Positions 7,425-15,591 of a stretch of DNA of 64,000 nt are shown one piece after another. The position numbers and the translations under genes are program-made. The stretch spans positions 2,853 to 66,852 of the forward strand of contig DATJXB010000227.1 in NCBI GenBank assembly GCA_035500755.1, read 5' to 3'. The number at the start of each line of letters is the position of its first letter. Position 1 is the first letter of the stretch. Source of the stretch: Thermoanaerobaculia bacterium (GTDB taxonomy: Bacteria > Acidobacteriota > Thermoanaerobaculia > UBA5066 > Gp7-AA6). Below the pieces are notes generated by a model that made no database searches, was not told where the DNA came from, and saw nothing but the letters and a program-made list of their open reading frames with translations.

Positions 7425-9919
7425 GCCGGTTTCTCCGAAGCCGGCAGCGCGATCGCGATGCCCTTGCGGAAGCCCGGCCGCGCGGACGCGACGACGTCGA
7501 TGGAGCCCTCGTGCCGCCGGAGGATGTCGGCGACGACGCCGAGCCCGCGATCGGACGGCCGATTCCGGATGTCGTCCCGCGTGAGGGCGCCGGGCAGATC
7601 GTCGTGCAGCACGATCGCCAGGCGCGCTTCGCCCGTCGCCGGGTCGCGGGTCGCGCGGGCGGCGAGGCCCAGACGGCCGGCCGAGAGGGCGTTGGCGAAG
7701 AGGTTGCGCCAGAGCGTCTCCCAGTCCGCCGGCGAGATCCGGACGAGGGGAAGCGCGTCGGCGGGAATCGTGTCGAGGAGCTCCAGCGCGGGCGCGTCGC
7801 GATCGGCTTCGGCGGCGACGTGGGCCAGGAGCGCCTGGAGCGCGTCGAGGCGGACGGGCAGCGACGCGGCGCGGTCGACGGTGCGCTCGATTTCGGCGCC
7901 GGACGCGAGCTGGAAGCAGCGCGCGGCGCGGCGCAGGAGACGGGTCGCGCGCCGGATCGCGCCGGGCGCCGATCCCCCGTCGCGGCAGAGGCGCAGCGCC
8001 CGGCGGCTCCGGCGCAGCGCCTTCACGCCCGAGTGGAGCATCGAGAAGACCGGGTCGCGGCGGCCGAGGTTCAAACGCACGCCGTCGGCGCGCGCGAGGT
8101 TCTCGAGAGCGGCAGACGCGTCTTCCGCTTCGGCGACGAGGCCGGGCGATCCCCCCTCCCCGTAGAGGCGCGAGACCAGGAGGCCCGCCGTCGCGCGCCG
8201 CGTCCCGGCGTCGCCACCGGCCAGACGCTCCGCGGCGTCGGCGAGGAGCAGGCCGCCGTGTTTGAGAGCCTCGTGGCGGAGGCGCCCGACGATGCGTCGG
8301 GCCGAGACGGCGCGGTCGGGATGTGCGGCGAGCCACTCGGCGAGCGTGAGGCCCGACCGGCGCCGATGTCGCGCGATCGCGACGCCGGCGAGGGCCACGG
8401 CGGCGAGGGTGGCGCCGACGAGCCAGCGGACCGAGCGGCGCCGGTCGAGGCGGGCGGCGGCTGCCGCCGCCTCCGATGCCCGCAAGCCGTCGGGAGCCTC
8501 GGCAAGGGAGCGGCGGTAGAGACCGAGAGCCGCGGCGTCGTCGCCGCGCCGCTCGGCGGCCTGGGCGAGGCGGAAGAGAGCCTCGGTCGAGCCGGCTTGT
8601 TCCGCTTTGCCCCAGGCCCGCATCGCCTCGTCCGCGCGGTCCGGGTCGCGCTCGAGCAGGAGGGCGAGAGACTCCCAGGTTGCCGCGCGGGCGGGGTCGG
8701 CCTGGAGGGCGCGTCCGAGAGCGCCTTCCGCCTCCCTCCACTCCGACCGGCGCTCGTGGATCGACGCGGCGAGCTCCGGCGCGCGCGCGAGCGTGGGATC
8801 GAGCCGCTCCGCCTCGGCGAGGAGGGCGAGCGCGGCGTCGAGCGACGCCGGGTCGCCGCGCGACGCGTACACCTGCGCCTTGCGCCAGCGGTCGACCGCG
8901 CCCGACGCGGGCTCTTCGGGTGCCGCGGCCGGTGCGGGTGAGAGCTCGGCGCTTCCCCGGCCGCGGCGCGACAGCGCCACGCGCAGCGGTTCGGCTTCCG
9001 CGCGCTCGCGCGGCGAGGCGCTGGCGAGGAACCGGTCGAGGCGCTCCGAGGCCGCGCTCGCGTCGCCATACTCCGCCCAGCGTCCGGCCGAGAGACGGAG
9101 CAGACGGCGCAGATCGGGGCGGAGGATCGACGCCCGATCGAGGTGGGCGAGCGACTCCTCCTTGGCGGCACGGTCGGGCTGCTCCCACTGGAGGTTCGCG
9201 AGGGCGATGAGGGCTTCGACGCGATCCGGTTCCGCGGCCAGCGCTTCGCGGCAGGCGCGAATCGCGGCGGCCGACCGGCCGGAGCGGGCCTCGACGGCGG
9301 AGAGCGCGAGGAGGGCCTCGACGTAGGACGGCGAGAGCGCGAGCGCCGCGCGGAGGCTCTCGCGCGCCTGCTTGAGGCGGCCCGCCGCGAGCGCCCGCTT
9401 GCCGTCGGCCAGCGCGAGGCGCGCCTCGATCGGCGGCCCCGAGGCGGGAGGGGCGATCGCGTCCGCCTGCGTCTCGAGCTCGAGGTCGGCCAGGCGCGGG
9501 GCGATCCACGCCGCGGTCGCGCCCTCCTTCGCGAGCGCCCGCGCCAGATCGGCGTAGCGAGCGGCGGCTTCCGTCCAGCGGCGCCGCTGCTCGGCGCGCC
9601 GGGAAAGCAGGAGGAGCTCGGGCGGCGAGAGGCGCGAGGGCTCGAGCTCGGCCGCGGCGGCGAGCAGGTCGCCGCCCTCCTCGACGTCGTCGGCCGCGAA
9701 CGCCAGGTCCGCCGCCCGCAGGGCGAGCGCCGGAGACGGGTCGAAGCGGCGCGCCGCGCGGAGGAGGCGCCGGGCCGCGGCGAGGTCTTCCGCCGCGAGC
9801 CGGGAGTCCGCTTCGGCCGAGAGCGACGCCTCGTCGGGCACGCAGTCGTTCGAGGCCGGCGTCGGCTCGGGAGGCGCCGCCGCCAGCGCGGCGCAGGCGA
9901 GGAACGCGGCGGCGATCAC
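7421..9919 (-). CDS. Sensor kinase-like protein: signal peptide, ~480-aa periplasmic TPR-like region, TM, His-containing helix, HATPase-like domain (832 aa)
   Basis: GTG 9919 overlaps the EBP stop (GTGA). Signal peptide VIAAAFLACAALAAAPP. TPR-like helices (SPSYVEALLALSAVEARSGRSAAAIRACREALAAEPDRVEALIALANL...). TM helix WLVGATLAAVALAGVAIA at about residues 499-516. RLRHEALKH carries H549 (codon 8275-8273). C-terminal N box WRNLFANAL, G1 DDLPG, G2 RGLGVVADI. The track ORF 7421..11425 is a false 5' extension through the EBP gene. Confidence 0.75.
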   Translation of the reverse strand: MIAAAFLACAALAAAPPEPTPASNDCVPDEASLSAEADSRLAAEDLAAARRLLRAARRFDPSPALALRAADLAFAADDVEEGGDLLAAAAELEPSRLSPPELLLLSRRAEQRRRWTEAAARYADLARALAKEGATAAWIAPRLADLELETQADAIAPPASGPPIEARLALADGKRALAAGRLKQARESLRAALALSPSYVEALLALSAVEARSGRSAAAIRACREALAAEPDRVEALIALANLQWEQPDRAAKEESLAHLDRASILRPDLRRLLRLSAGRWAEYGDASAASERLDRFLASASPRERAEAEPLRVALSRRGRGSAELSPAPAAAPEEPASGAVDRWRKAQVYASRGDPASLDAALALLAEAERLDPTLARAPELAASIHERRSEWREAEGALGRALQADPARAATWESLALLLERDPDRADEAMRAWGKAEQAGSTEALFRLAQAAERRGDDAAALGLYRRSLAEAPDGLRASEAAAAAARLDRRRSVRWLVGATLAAVALAGVAIARHRRRSGLTLAEWLAAHPDRAVSARRIVGRLRHEALKHGGLLLADAAERLAGGDAGTRRATAGLLVSRLYGEGGSPGLVAEAEDASAALENLARADGVRLNLGRRDPVFSMLHSGVKALRRSRRALRLCRDGGSAPGAIRRATRLLRRAARCFQLASGAEIERTVDRAASLPVRLDALQALLAHVAAEADRDAPALELLDTIPADALPLVRISPADWETLWRNLFANALSAGRLGLAARATRDPATGEARLAIVLHDDLPGALTRDDIRNRPSDRGLGVVADILRRHEGSIDVVASARPGFRKGIAIALPASEKPA

Positions 9920-11538
9920 CGCTCGCCGCGCGCGGAAAGTCCTAGCCGGTTGAACCGCAGCCGGACGGCCCGCGCCTCCCGCCGGGAGCCGGTCATCGCC
10001 TCCGCCATCTTCGCGAAGTCGCCCCCCGTCTCCTGAAACAACGCCCGAAGCGCCGCTCTTTCGAGCTCGCGGCGAAACGCCGCGACACTCGGTGCCCGCG
10101 GGCGCTCGAGCGCCAGGCTCGCCCGAGGCGCGTCTTCGGGGCGCGCGCCGGCGAGGAGGTCGAAGAGCATCCGGGCGTCGAGACGCACGACGGCGCGTCC
10201 CGACCCGTCGACCGAGGCGCCGGCGCCCGCGTACACCGCGGCGGCGAGCGCGTCGTGGACGACCATCTCGAATTGCCGGACGTTGCCCGGCCACGGGTGT
10301 CGCTCGATGGCCGTCCAGGCTTTGCGGGGGAGGACGAAGACGACGGCCGCCTCGGTCCGCCGCACCGCCTCTTCCGAGAGGGCGAGGGCGAAGGCCCGGT
10401 CCGGCTCGGGACCCCCGGCGGCGCGGACGAGGGAAGCGATGGCGCGCGCGTGGCGTGGGTCGCCGAAGAACGCGTCCGCGGTCACGCGCGCGAGCTCCGG
10501 CAGGTCCTCCCGTCGCTCGGCGAGCGGCGGGATCTCGAGCGCGAGCGAGGGGTTCAGGCGCATCAACAAGTCGGCCCGCAGGCGGCCCTCGCCCCCGGGC
10601 CGGCGCCGGTCGGCGTTCGACGCGGCGACGACGCGGGCCGTGTGCGCGATCTCCGAGGCGCTTCCCACCCGGCGGATGAGGCCATCGTTGAGCGCCGTCA
10701 GCAGCATCTTCTGAGCGTCCGGCGCCAGGTTTTCGACTTCGTCGAGGAAGAGCGTGCCTCCGGCCGCGGCCTCGAAGACGCCGGGCCGGTCGAGGGTTGC
10801 TCCGGTGAACGCCCCGCGGACGGAGCCGAAGAGCGCGGCCTGGAGAAGCCCTTCGGGAACTGTGGCGCAGTCGAACGCGACGAAAGCGCCGGTTCGGCCG
10901 GATAGGGGATGGATGACGTCGCGGACCAGAAGGCTCTTTCCGGTTCCGGTCGGTCCGGTCACCAGCAGCGGCATCGGCGTTGGCGCAAGGGCGGTGACTT
11001 TGCGGCGCAGCGCCCGCATCGCGGCGCTGCCGCCCCAGAAAAAGCGCCCCGTTCGGGCGGGCACGTCGCGCTCGGCGAGGATGCGGCGCAGGGCCGCGGC
11101 GACGCCGGCGGCGCCCGACTCGTCGCCGGCCGCGGCGTACGTGAACGCATCGGCCCGAAGCGCCAGCGCCTCCTCCTCGAAGGGGATGTCCTCGTACGCC
11201 GTCGTCAGGAGAACCGGGAGGTCGGGCCAGCGCCGGCGCAGACGCTCGAGGACGAAGAGTCCCTGGCGCTCGCGGCGCTCCCGCCGCAGGCGCTTTCCGG
11301 CGGCGGTCTCGCCGAGCGCGCGATGGTCGGGGAGGAGCTCTTCGTCCGGCAGGTCGAAGCGCAGGTCGAGCACGGCGGCGTCGGGAGCCCGAGGGCCCCC
11401 GAGCAGCGGCTCGGCCTCGCGCCACGAGCGCGCCGGGAGAAGGTCGATCTCCGGGGCGAGGCGCGCCAGCAGCTCGGCGAGGCGCGGCTGGTCGTCGAGG
11501 ACGAGAGCGCGCGGCCGGCGGCGAACGGTCCTCGTCAC
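9916..11538 (-). CDS. Sigma-54-dependent transcriptional activator (NtrC family EBP) with atypical N-terminal receiver (540 aa)
   Basis: GTG 11538 overlaps the upstream stop (GTGA). Receiver motifs ALVLDDQ...AAVLDLRFD (D58). Walker A GPTGTGKS, the sigma-54 contact loop VRGAFTGA, Walker B LFLDEV, PWPGNVRQ, and a C-terminal Fis-type HTH FAKMAEAMTGSRREARAVRLRFNRLGL. Confidence 0.9.
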   Translation of the reverse strand: MTRTVRRRPRALVLDDQPRLAELLARLAPEIDLLPARSWREAEPLLGGPRAPDAAVLDLRFDLPDEELLPDHRALGETAAGKRLRRERRERQGLFVLERLRRRWPDLPVLLTTAYEDIPFEEEALALRADAFTYAAAGDESGAAGVAAALRRILAERDVPARTGRFFWGGSAAMRALRRKVTALAPTPMPLLVTGPTGTGKSLLVRDVIHPLSGRTGAFVAFDCATVPEGLLQAALFGSVRGAFTGATLDRPGVFEAAAGGTLFLDEVENLAPDAQKMLLTALNDGLIRRVGSASEIAHTARVVAASNADRRRPGGEGRLRADLLMRLNPSLALEIPPLAERREDLPELARVTADAFFGDPRHARAIASLVRAAGGPEPDRAFALALSEEAVRRTEAAVVFVLPRKAWTAIERHPWPGNVRQFEMVVHDALAAAVYAGAGASVDGSGRAVVRLDARMLFDLLAGARPEDAPRASLALERPRAPSVAAFRRELERAALRALFQETGGDFAKMAEAMTGSRREARAVRLRFNRLGLSARGER

Positions 11539-11942
11539 GGCCGCGCCGCCTTCGCCGCCGCGGAGAGCTCGCGGCAGCGCTCGGCGACTTCCCGCGTCAG
11601 ACCGTCGAGGCGCTCGAGCCCGGGTCGATCCAGCGCGTCCAGCCGCGCGGCGAGTCTCCGGATCTGGTCGATTGCGCGGCCGAGCTCCGCAAGCCGGTCG
11701 GCGAGGGCGCCGGCTTGAAAGAGGCCGCCCTGCTCCTGCCTCCAGGCGTCGAAGAGCGTCGCCGCGGCCGTCGACCCCGACCGGTCGCGCCGCGTCTCGA
11801 GGACGTCGGCGCGCAGGCGGGCGCGCAGGGCTTCGGTGTCCGCTTCGAGGACGTCGGGCGCCGAGAGCCGCACGGACTTGCCGACGTCGTGCCGCAGCCG
11901 CTCGGCCGCCCGGACCGCTTCCGCCGAGAGTCGCGCGTCCAT
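11535..11942 (-). CDS. Small all-helical protein of unknown function, first gene of the signalling operon (135 aa)
   Basis: ATG 11942. High GC3 and normal composition: MDARLSAEAVRAAERLRHDVGKSVRLSAPDVLEADTEALRARLRADVLE...LDGLTREVAERCRELSAAAKAARP. There is a single early His (H18, codon 11891-11889). The stop overlaps the EBP start. Confidence 0.7.
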   Translation of the reverse strand: MDARLSAEAVRAAERLRHDVGKSVRLSAPDVLEADTEALRARLRADVLETRRDRSGSTAAATLFDAWRQEQGGLFQAGALADRLAELGRAIDQIRRLAARLDALDRPGLERLDGLTREVAERCRELSAAAKAARP

Positions 11943-12055
11943 GTCGTCCCGGCAAGGATACGCCCGCGGAGCGCCCGTCGTGTCATCAATGCTCCGATTC
12001 GGATGACCGAAATGCCAAAACAGAGCATCAAGGGGACGCCTGGGCGCTCTTTTCC

Positions 12056-12071
12056 GGGCACGCCGTTTGAA
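12056..12071 (+). promoter_or_regulatory. Candidate sigma-54 (-24/-12) promoter upstream of the SPFH gene
   Basis: GGGCACG-ccgt-TTGAA compared with consensus TGGCACG-N4-TTGCW. The GG-to-(-12) spacing is correct. Mismatches are at the first T and at the conserved -12 C (A here). It lies 36 nt before ATG 12107 and is divergent from an operon encoding a sigma-54 activator. Confidence 0.3.
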
Positions 12072-12106
12072 ATCCCCTGGGACGAGGTGACGAAAGGAGA
12101 AGCGCC

Positions 12107-13402
12107 ATGGACGAGTCCCTTCCCGACGACGGCTCCCCTCCGGAGGCGAAATCGAGCGGTCCTCTTCGGCTCTTCGACCGCTGGCGTTCCCGATGGCCCG
12201 GACCGGGCGGCGGCGTTCGAGTCCCGTGGAAACAGTTACGGCGGTTTCTTGCCGTCGTCCTTCTCGTCGGGGCGGGCGTCCTGGCGTGGAAGGGAGCCCG
12301 GAAGAGCTTCCAGGCCGTGGCGCCGGGACACGTCGGCGTCTGCGTCAACCGGTTCACCGGCTCGCTCGAGGCCCTGGAACCCGGGACGCACTTCCGGCCG
12401 CCGGCCTTCTTCGAGATCCATCCGGTGCGGATCTCGGACCAGCTGCTCTCGGCCGACGCGGGCGCCTTCAGCGTGACGACGAAAGAGGGCGTGATCGCGC
12501 GGATCACGGTGCAGGCCCGCTGGGCCGTGGACCGCAAGCAGCTGTTGTCGAAGTGGGCGGCCCTGCCGCCCCAGCCCGCGCGCGAGCTCGTCGCGCCCGT
12601 CCTCTTCGCGGCGTTCCGGGCGGCCGCGCCGCGCTACGAAGTGACGCGCCTGATCTCCGAGAAGCGCGAGGAGCTCGCGTCGATCGCCGCGGTGTCGGCC
12701 CGCGAGCGCCTCGCCGAGAGCGGCGTCGTCCTGAAAGAGGTCCTGATCGGCGACCTGGTGCTGCCGGAGGAGTTCGAGAAGGGCCGGATCGCGATGGTCG
12801 ACGAGGTCCAGTCGACCGAGCGCCTCGACGTCACGCTCAAGCGCAAGGCGAAGGAGGTCGAGGAGACCCGGCTGACGGCCGAGGCGCAGAAGGCGCGCCA
12901 GGTCGAGGAGGCCGAGGCGTCGGCCGCGCAGCGGGTCATCGCGGCCAGGGGCGAGGCCGAGGCGATGAAGCACGTCCTCGAGCTCAAGGCCAAGCAGATC
13001 GAGCAGAGGAAGCTCGAGGCCGAAGCCGAGCGTCAACAGGTCGTCGAGCGCGCCCACGCGGCGGCCGAGGCGTCGCGCATCCAGACGCTCGCCGACGTCG
13101 ACCGCCGCAAGGCGATGGCGGACGCCGAAGCGTACGCGACGCGGGTGACCGCGCTCGCCGACTTCGAAAAGCTCGAGCGCGAGGCCGTGCTCGTGTCGGC
13201 CAACCCGCTGCTGATCCCGAAGGCGTTCGCCGACCGGCTGTCGGACCGCGTCCAGGTGATCCTGACGCCGTCGATCGGCGCCGAACAGCTGACCGGCGAA
13301 ATCTTCAAGCGCGTCGCCAACGGGGAGCCGCCGCTCGCGCCGGCTCCCGATCCCCCCGCGACCGTGTCGGCGAGCAAGCGCTCGTCGGCGGCCGTCCACT
13401 GA
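12107..13402 (+). CDS. SPFH/Band-7 (prohibitin/HflC-like) membrane protein with long coiled-coil tail (431 aa)
   Basis: AAAGGAGA SD. TM helix LRRFLAVVLLVGAGVLAW. SPFH core VAPGHVGVCVNRFTGSLEALEPGTHFRPPAFFEIHPVRISDQ...FSVTTKEGVIARITVQARW. E/A/K/R-rich coiled coil EAEASAAQRVIAARGEAEAMKHVLELKAKQIEQRKLEAEAERQQ. Confidence 0.85.
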   Translation: MDESLPDDGSPPEAKSSGPLRLFDRWRSRWPGPGGGVRVPWKQLRRFLAVVLLVGAGVLAWKGARKSFQAVAPGHVGVCVNRFTGSLEALEPGTHFRPPAFFEIHPVRISDQLLSADAGAFSVTTKEGVIARITVQARWAVDRKQLLSKWAALPPQPARELVAPVLFAAFRAAAPRYEVTRLISEKREELASIAAVSARERLAESGVVLKEVLIGDLVLPEEFEKGRIAMVDEVQSTERLDVTLKRKAKEVEETRLTAEAQKARQVEEAEASAAQRVIAARGEAEAMKHVLELKAKQIEQRKLEAEAERQQVVERAHAAAEASRIQTLADVDRRKAMADAEAYATRVTALADFEKLEREAVLVSANPLLIPKAFADRLSDRVQVILTPSIGAEQLTGEIFKRVANGEPPLAPAPDPPATVSASKRSSAAVH

Positions 13403-13439
13403 GGAATCCAGGACGCCTCGCGTCTTCGAGGAGGAAATC

Positions 13440-14903
13440 ATGAAAGAGCTGGTCCGGACCCTGATGCCCCGCTTCGTGATCGTTCTGCTCGCCTGCACCG
13501 GATTCGCCGTGTCGTGCGCCCTCGCGTTCGGCCAGACGCGGGGCGAGCCCGAAGGCTCCGACGTCTTCGTGACGCCGCGCGAGGCGTTGCTGCGCGAGAA
13601 GCCGTCGCCCAACGCCCGGGTGCTCGACCGCCCGGCTCAGGGAACGCGCCTTTCTCTCGTGGCCTCGCGCGACCGCTACCTGAAGGTGGCCTCGGCCGGC
13701 TGCGAGGGCTGGATCGCCCGCGACGTCGCGATTCTGTTCCCGCCGGGCGAGGCGGCCACCCGCGAAATGGTGGTCGTCGGGAAGAGCTTCGGGAAGACCG
13801 ACGCGAGCCGCCGCCTCGCGGTGGCCGTCCTCGTTCGGGCCTCCGAGCGCCTGCGCGAGGCGAGGACGCCGGATCCCGACGTCGAAGTGCTCCTCGGCGA
13901 GACGGCCGAGGGGCTGGCCGAGCGAGCGGGTCCCTATCCTGCCGGCGCCGGGCTCGTCGAAGAGACGGGCGCGTCGGGCACTCGCGGGCGCTACGACGGT
14001 TCCGCCTTCCGGCGCGCCGCGGAGATGCTCGCGAAGGACGCGAGCCCCGACCATGCGCGGACTCGCGAACGCGCGGCCGCGGGCCTCCTCCGGTTCCAGT
14101 ATCCGGTGCGGGGTGCGTCTTATCCCGTCCTGCTCCAGGAGTCGGCGGCCTGGCTCGCGCTCGTCGAGACCGCCGACGACGCGGCGGTGCTCGCCGCCGC
14201 CGCCGAGCGTGCCGGGGGCGCCGCGCTCGCCCTCGGCCGGTTCGAGCTCGCGCTCGGCAAGACCGAGGACATCGGCAGGCTGCGCGACCGGCTGTTCGCC
14301 GCGGGGCAGCGGCTCAACACCCTCGCACCCGATCGCCTCGACGGCCGCCGGCTGATCTCGCGCGCCGCCGTGCTCGGCTCCATGCGCGGCAACGGAACGC
14401 CGTCGTTCCCTCAGCAGGCGAGCGTGGTCACGGGCTCCCGGCAGCGCGTCGTCCGCATCGACGGGAAGCTCGGCGCCCTTCAAGTGACCGTCGAGACGCA
14501 GGCGGGCGCCACGAAGGACCTCCAGGCGCATCGGACGACCGTGCCGATCCTGCCGGTGCCCGGCTCCCTCCGCGTGTCGCCGGACGGACGCTCGGCCGCG
14601 TGGGTCGAGGTGCTGTCGTCCTCGCGTCTGGTGCCCGTCATGACGTCGCTCGACCGCGACGAGGAGGTGCGCGAAATCGCGTTCCTCTCGACCGGGCGCC
14701 CGCTGCGCGACCGGGAGCTCGCGCACGTCGTCAGCTCGCTCTCGGGTTTCTCCCACGACGGCCAGCGTCTGGGGCTCGTGATCGAAGCGTGGAACGAGAC
14801 GCCCGGCCCCGCGCCCCGGTACTCGGTGGTCTCCGTCGCGACCGGGGAGCTCCTCTTCGAAACGTCGGAGGACATGAAGAGCTACCAGCGGCTGCTTCGC
14901 TGA
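13440..14903 (+). CDS. Secreted protein with N-terminal SH3-like module, helical middle region and PD40-like C-terminus (487 aa)
   Basis: Strong SD GAGGAGG. Signal peptide MKELVRTLMPRFVIVLLACTGFAVSCALAFG. VTPREALLREKPSPNARVLDRPAQGTRLSLVASRDRYLKVASAGCEGWIARDV resembles bacterial SH3. Later LRVSPDGRSAAWVEV and SGFSHDGQRLGLV resemble TolB/PD40 SPDG repeats. Confidence 0.75.
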   Translation: MKELVRTLMPRFVIVLLACTGFAVSCALAFGQTRGEPEGSDVFVTPREALLREKPSPNARVLDRPAQGTRLSLVASRDRYLKVASAGCEGWIARDVAILFPPGEAATREMVVVGKSFGKTDASRRLAVAVLVRASERLREARTPDPDVEVLLGETAEGLAERAGPYPAGAGLVEETGASGTRGRYDGSAFRRAAEMLAKDASPDHARTRERAAAGLLRFQYPVRGASYPVLLQESAAWLALVETADDAAVLAAAAERAGGAALALGRFELALGKTEDIGRLRDRLFAAGQRLNTLAPDRLDGRRLISRAAVLGSMRGNGTPSFPQQASVVTGSRQRVVRIDGKLGALQVTVETQAGATKDLQAHRTTVPILPVPGSLRVSPDGRSAAWVEVLSSSRLVPVMTSLDRDEEVREIAFLSTGRPLRDRELAHVVSSLSGFSHDGQRLGLVIEAWNETPGPAPRYSVVSVATGELLFETSEDMKSYQRLLR

Positions 14904-14954
14904 ACACGTCGTCAGGACGCGCGGCCGCGAGCCGCCCGTCGGAAAGGAACTGTC

Positions 14955-15497
14955 ATGCGCTGCCTCCCTCGGATCCTCGTCGCCGCCTGCCTCGGACTGA
15001 TCCCGGTCCTGCTTCGCGCCCAGGACGCCGCCGCTTCCCCGGAGTCGGAGCCCGTCGCGGCGCCGGCACCTCCGCCGGTCGAACCGGCGCCGGGGGCCGA
15101 CGCGGTCCTCACGGCCCCGTCGGATCCTCCGCCGTCGAGCGGCGGGGAAGACGCCGCGGGAACGCTCGAGGCGCCGGCGGCAACGGACGCCTCGCCGTCG
15201 GAAACGGCGCCGGCGGCACCGGCCTCGAGCGCCGTCGACATCGAGTCGCTGCCTTCGTTCCGGCCGTCCGTCCCGTCCGTCGACGTCGCGACCGCATCGC
15301 TCAAGACCGTCGAAGAAGTTTCGGCGGGCCGCGCGAGCAACTGGTTCTTCCTGGCGGTGCTCGGACTGGCCGCCGTTCTCATCGTCACGCGGACGACCCG
15401 CGCGAAGTCGACGGAGACGGTCTCGATCCAGGGCGACCGCACGGCCGGCCCGTTTCCCGCGCCCGCCCCGGGGCCGCCGGTCGTGCGCCGCTCCTGA
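14955..15497 (+). CDS. Pro/Ala-rich secreted protein with C-terminal TM anchor (180 aa)
   Basis: Signal peptide MRCLPRILVAACLGLIPVLLRAQ. Low-complexity P/A/S region. TM helix WFFLAVLGLAAVLIV followed by basic TRTTRAK. Confidence 0.6.
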   Translation: MRCLPRILVAACLGLIPVLLRAQDAAASPESEPVAAPAPPPVEPAPGADAVLTAPSDPPPSSGGEDAAGTLEAPAATDASPSETAPAAPASSAVDIESLPSFRPSVPSVDVATASLKTVEEVSAGRASNWFFLAVLGLAAVLIVTRTTRAKSTETVSIQGDRTAGPFPAPAPGPPVVRRS

Positions 15498-15507
15498 CGC
15501 CGCCGCC

Positions 15508-15543
15508 GAAGCGGGGCGGCTCTCACGCGGGCTGCCCCGCTTC
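15508..15543 (+). terminator. GC-rich hairpin after the Pro-rich gene (possible terminator or attenuator, no U-tract)
   Basis: gaagcggggc (15508-15517) pairs perfectly with gccccgcttc (15534-15543), and the stem can extend by three more pairs. It begins 11 nt after the stop at 15497. Confidence 0.4.
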
Positions 15544-15591
15544 GCAGCGACCGGCGCCGGAGGCCTCGGGGAGCCGGAGTAGACTCCCGCC

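Noticed and set aside
6966-11955. Very long minus-strand track ORFs: 6966..9509 (847 aa), 7421..11425 (1334 aa), 9916..11955 (679 aa).
   Set aside because: Only the 3' portions have sensible composition and motifs. The 5' portions read through the preceding gene in another frame and give RRRP-type junk. Internal GTG starts that overlap the preceding stop (GTGA) give clean domain boundaries.
12013-12028. TGGCAT on the minus strand (plus-strand atgcca at 12013-12018) as a sigma-54 promoter for the signalling operon.
   Set aside because: Twelve nt downstream of the GG the sequence is AT, not GC (TGGCATttcggTCATC). The -12 element is therefore missing.
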